Assembly (NCBI RefSeq): GCF_006345805.1
Contig: NC_043004.1
Coordinates: 40,734,001 to 40,798,000 of the forward strand
Length of the DNA stretch: 64,000 nucleotides
Reading direction: 5' to 3'
Origin: Octopus sinensis
Taxonomy: Eukaryota
In this document: piece by piece, positions 62,643-64,000 of the stretch
How the letters are laid out: every line of letters starts with the position of its first letter
Position numbering within the stretch: the first letter of the stretch is position 1
Program-made: the position numbers and the translations under genes
Notes under the pieces: model-generated
Databases searched by the model: none
What the model was told of the DNA's origin: nothing
The model's input: the letters and a program-made list of their open reading frames with translations, nothing else

Positions 62643-63269
62643 GTTTAAGTATTTTTAACAGAGAGAGAGAGACAGGCAGGAGATTTACTTAATGATACCT
62701 TCATCACTATTTCAACAACTACAGTAAAGTCTATGGTTTGTAAAGAAGGTCTGATAATACCAAAATATGTCCTGAAGGGTCTCCTTTACTTCTTAACGTC
62801 CATTTTCCATGCTGACATCGGTTGAACCATGCTAGCATGGAATACTTGTTGAAATAATAATAACAATGAAAAAAAAACTCTAGTCATTGACTAATAATAT
62901 CTTTTCCTCACAGATTGTAATTAGCTTTTTAAAGCATCCTGTTATTTAATTATGTAATTGGTAACTTAATGAAATATATGACAATGTTTTTAACCTACTG
63001 CTCTCTGCAGCAATTTTATGTTAAAAACCAAATTTTGATCAAGAACTATGTATGGTAAATATAATAAGCCAGTTTCAAATGTAATTATCAAATTCAGCAA
63101 TGCCTGTCTGCCCCAAATGTTTGTCTTCCTTCTCCAAAGTGTACACAAACATTAGAAAAGGGAGCACACACATATTCTGTGTGAGTGTGTGTGTATAATT
63201 TCACACTTGTTCCTTCCAAGCTAGTATAGGTTAGATCAGTGGTTCCCAAACTTTTCACTACCATGGACC

Positions 63270-64000
63270 CATCATCATCGTTTAACATCTGCTTTCCATG
63301 CTAGCATGGGTTGGACGATTTTGACTGAGGGCTGGCGAACCAGATGGTTGCACCAGTCTCCAATCTTGATGTGGCAGAGTTTCTACAGCTGGATGCACTT
63401 CCTAACGCCAACCACTCCGAGAGTGTAGTGGGTGCTTTTTTATGTGCCACCGGCACAGGGGCCAGTCAGGCGGTACTGACAATGACTTCACTCAAATCCT
63501 TTTACACATGCCACCAGCACAGGTGCCAGTGAGGTGACTTTGGTAACGATCACGCTCGAATGGTGCCCTTTTATGTGCCACTGGCACGGAAGCCAGTTGG
63601 CTGCTATGGCAACGATCACACTGGGATGGTGCTCTTGGTGCCCAACTAGCATGGGCACAAGTGCCAGTAAGGCGATACTGGTATAGTAACGAAAGGGTTA
63701 AATGCCACTGGCATGGAAGCCAGTTAGCCGCTCTACGGACCCCAGAATATTGAAAGGTCTGTCACCCTAACATGTTCACCAACCCCCAGTACCTATTTCT
63801 TTATTACCCACAAGGGGCTAAACACAGAGGGGACAAACAAGGACAGACATAGGTATTAAGTCGATTACATCGACCCCAGTGCGTAACTGGTACTTAATTT
63901 ATCGACCCTGAAAGGATGAAAGGCAAAGTCCACCTCGGCGGAATTTGAACTCACAACGTAACGACAGACGAAATACGGCTACGCATTTCGCCCGGCATGC
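63270..64000 (-). mobile_element. RTE 3' UTR/tail (63270-63740) and SINE B (63790-64000, runs off window end)
   Basis: Match to other copies. Confidence 0.85.

Overview
AT-rich, repeat-saturated animal genomic DNA. The repeat repertoire (tRNA-derived SINEs, an RTE LINE with (GAT)n tails, very large TA/CA microsatellites) suggests a cephalopod, probably Octopus; this is an inference, not a database match. I found no recognisable host protein-coding exon, rRNA, true tRNA or CRISPR array, so the window is probably intronic or intergenic. Decayed coding remnants are present from RTE (with a PHD finger inside ORF2), an RTE-X-like LINE, CR1, R4/Dong, CRE, two Penelope-like GIY-YIG endonucleases, two mariners, a hAT transposase and a Helitron helicase, plus many MITEs and SINEs. 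The main signal is a set of at least nine minimal type I hammerhead-ribozyme motifs from about six sequence families, plus one weaker hammerhead-like pair. They include unusual core variants (U3-A8, A6U, U4C). Most lie in short elements next to TA or CA microsatellites, and several lie in long foldback inverted repeats. This looks like a diverse Penelope-derived, ribozyme-bearing mini-element system. All alignments, folds and counts were done by eye, so boundaries are approximate unless a TSD or TIR is quoted.
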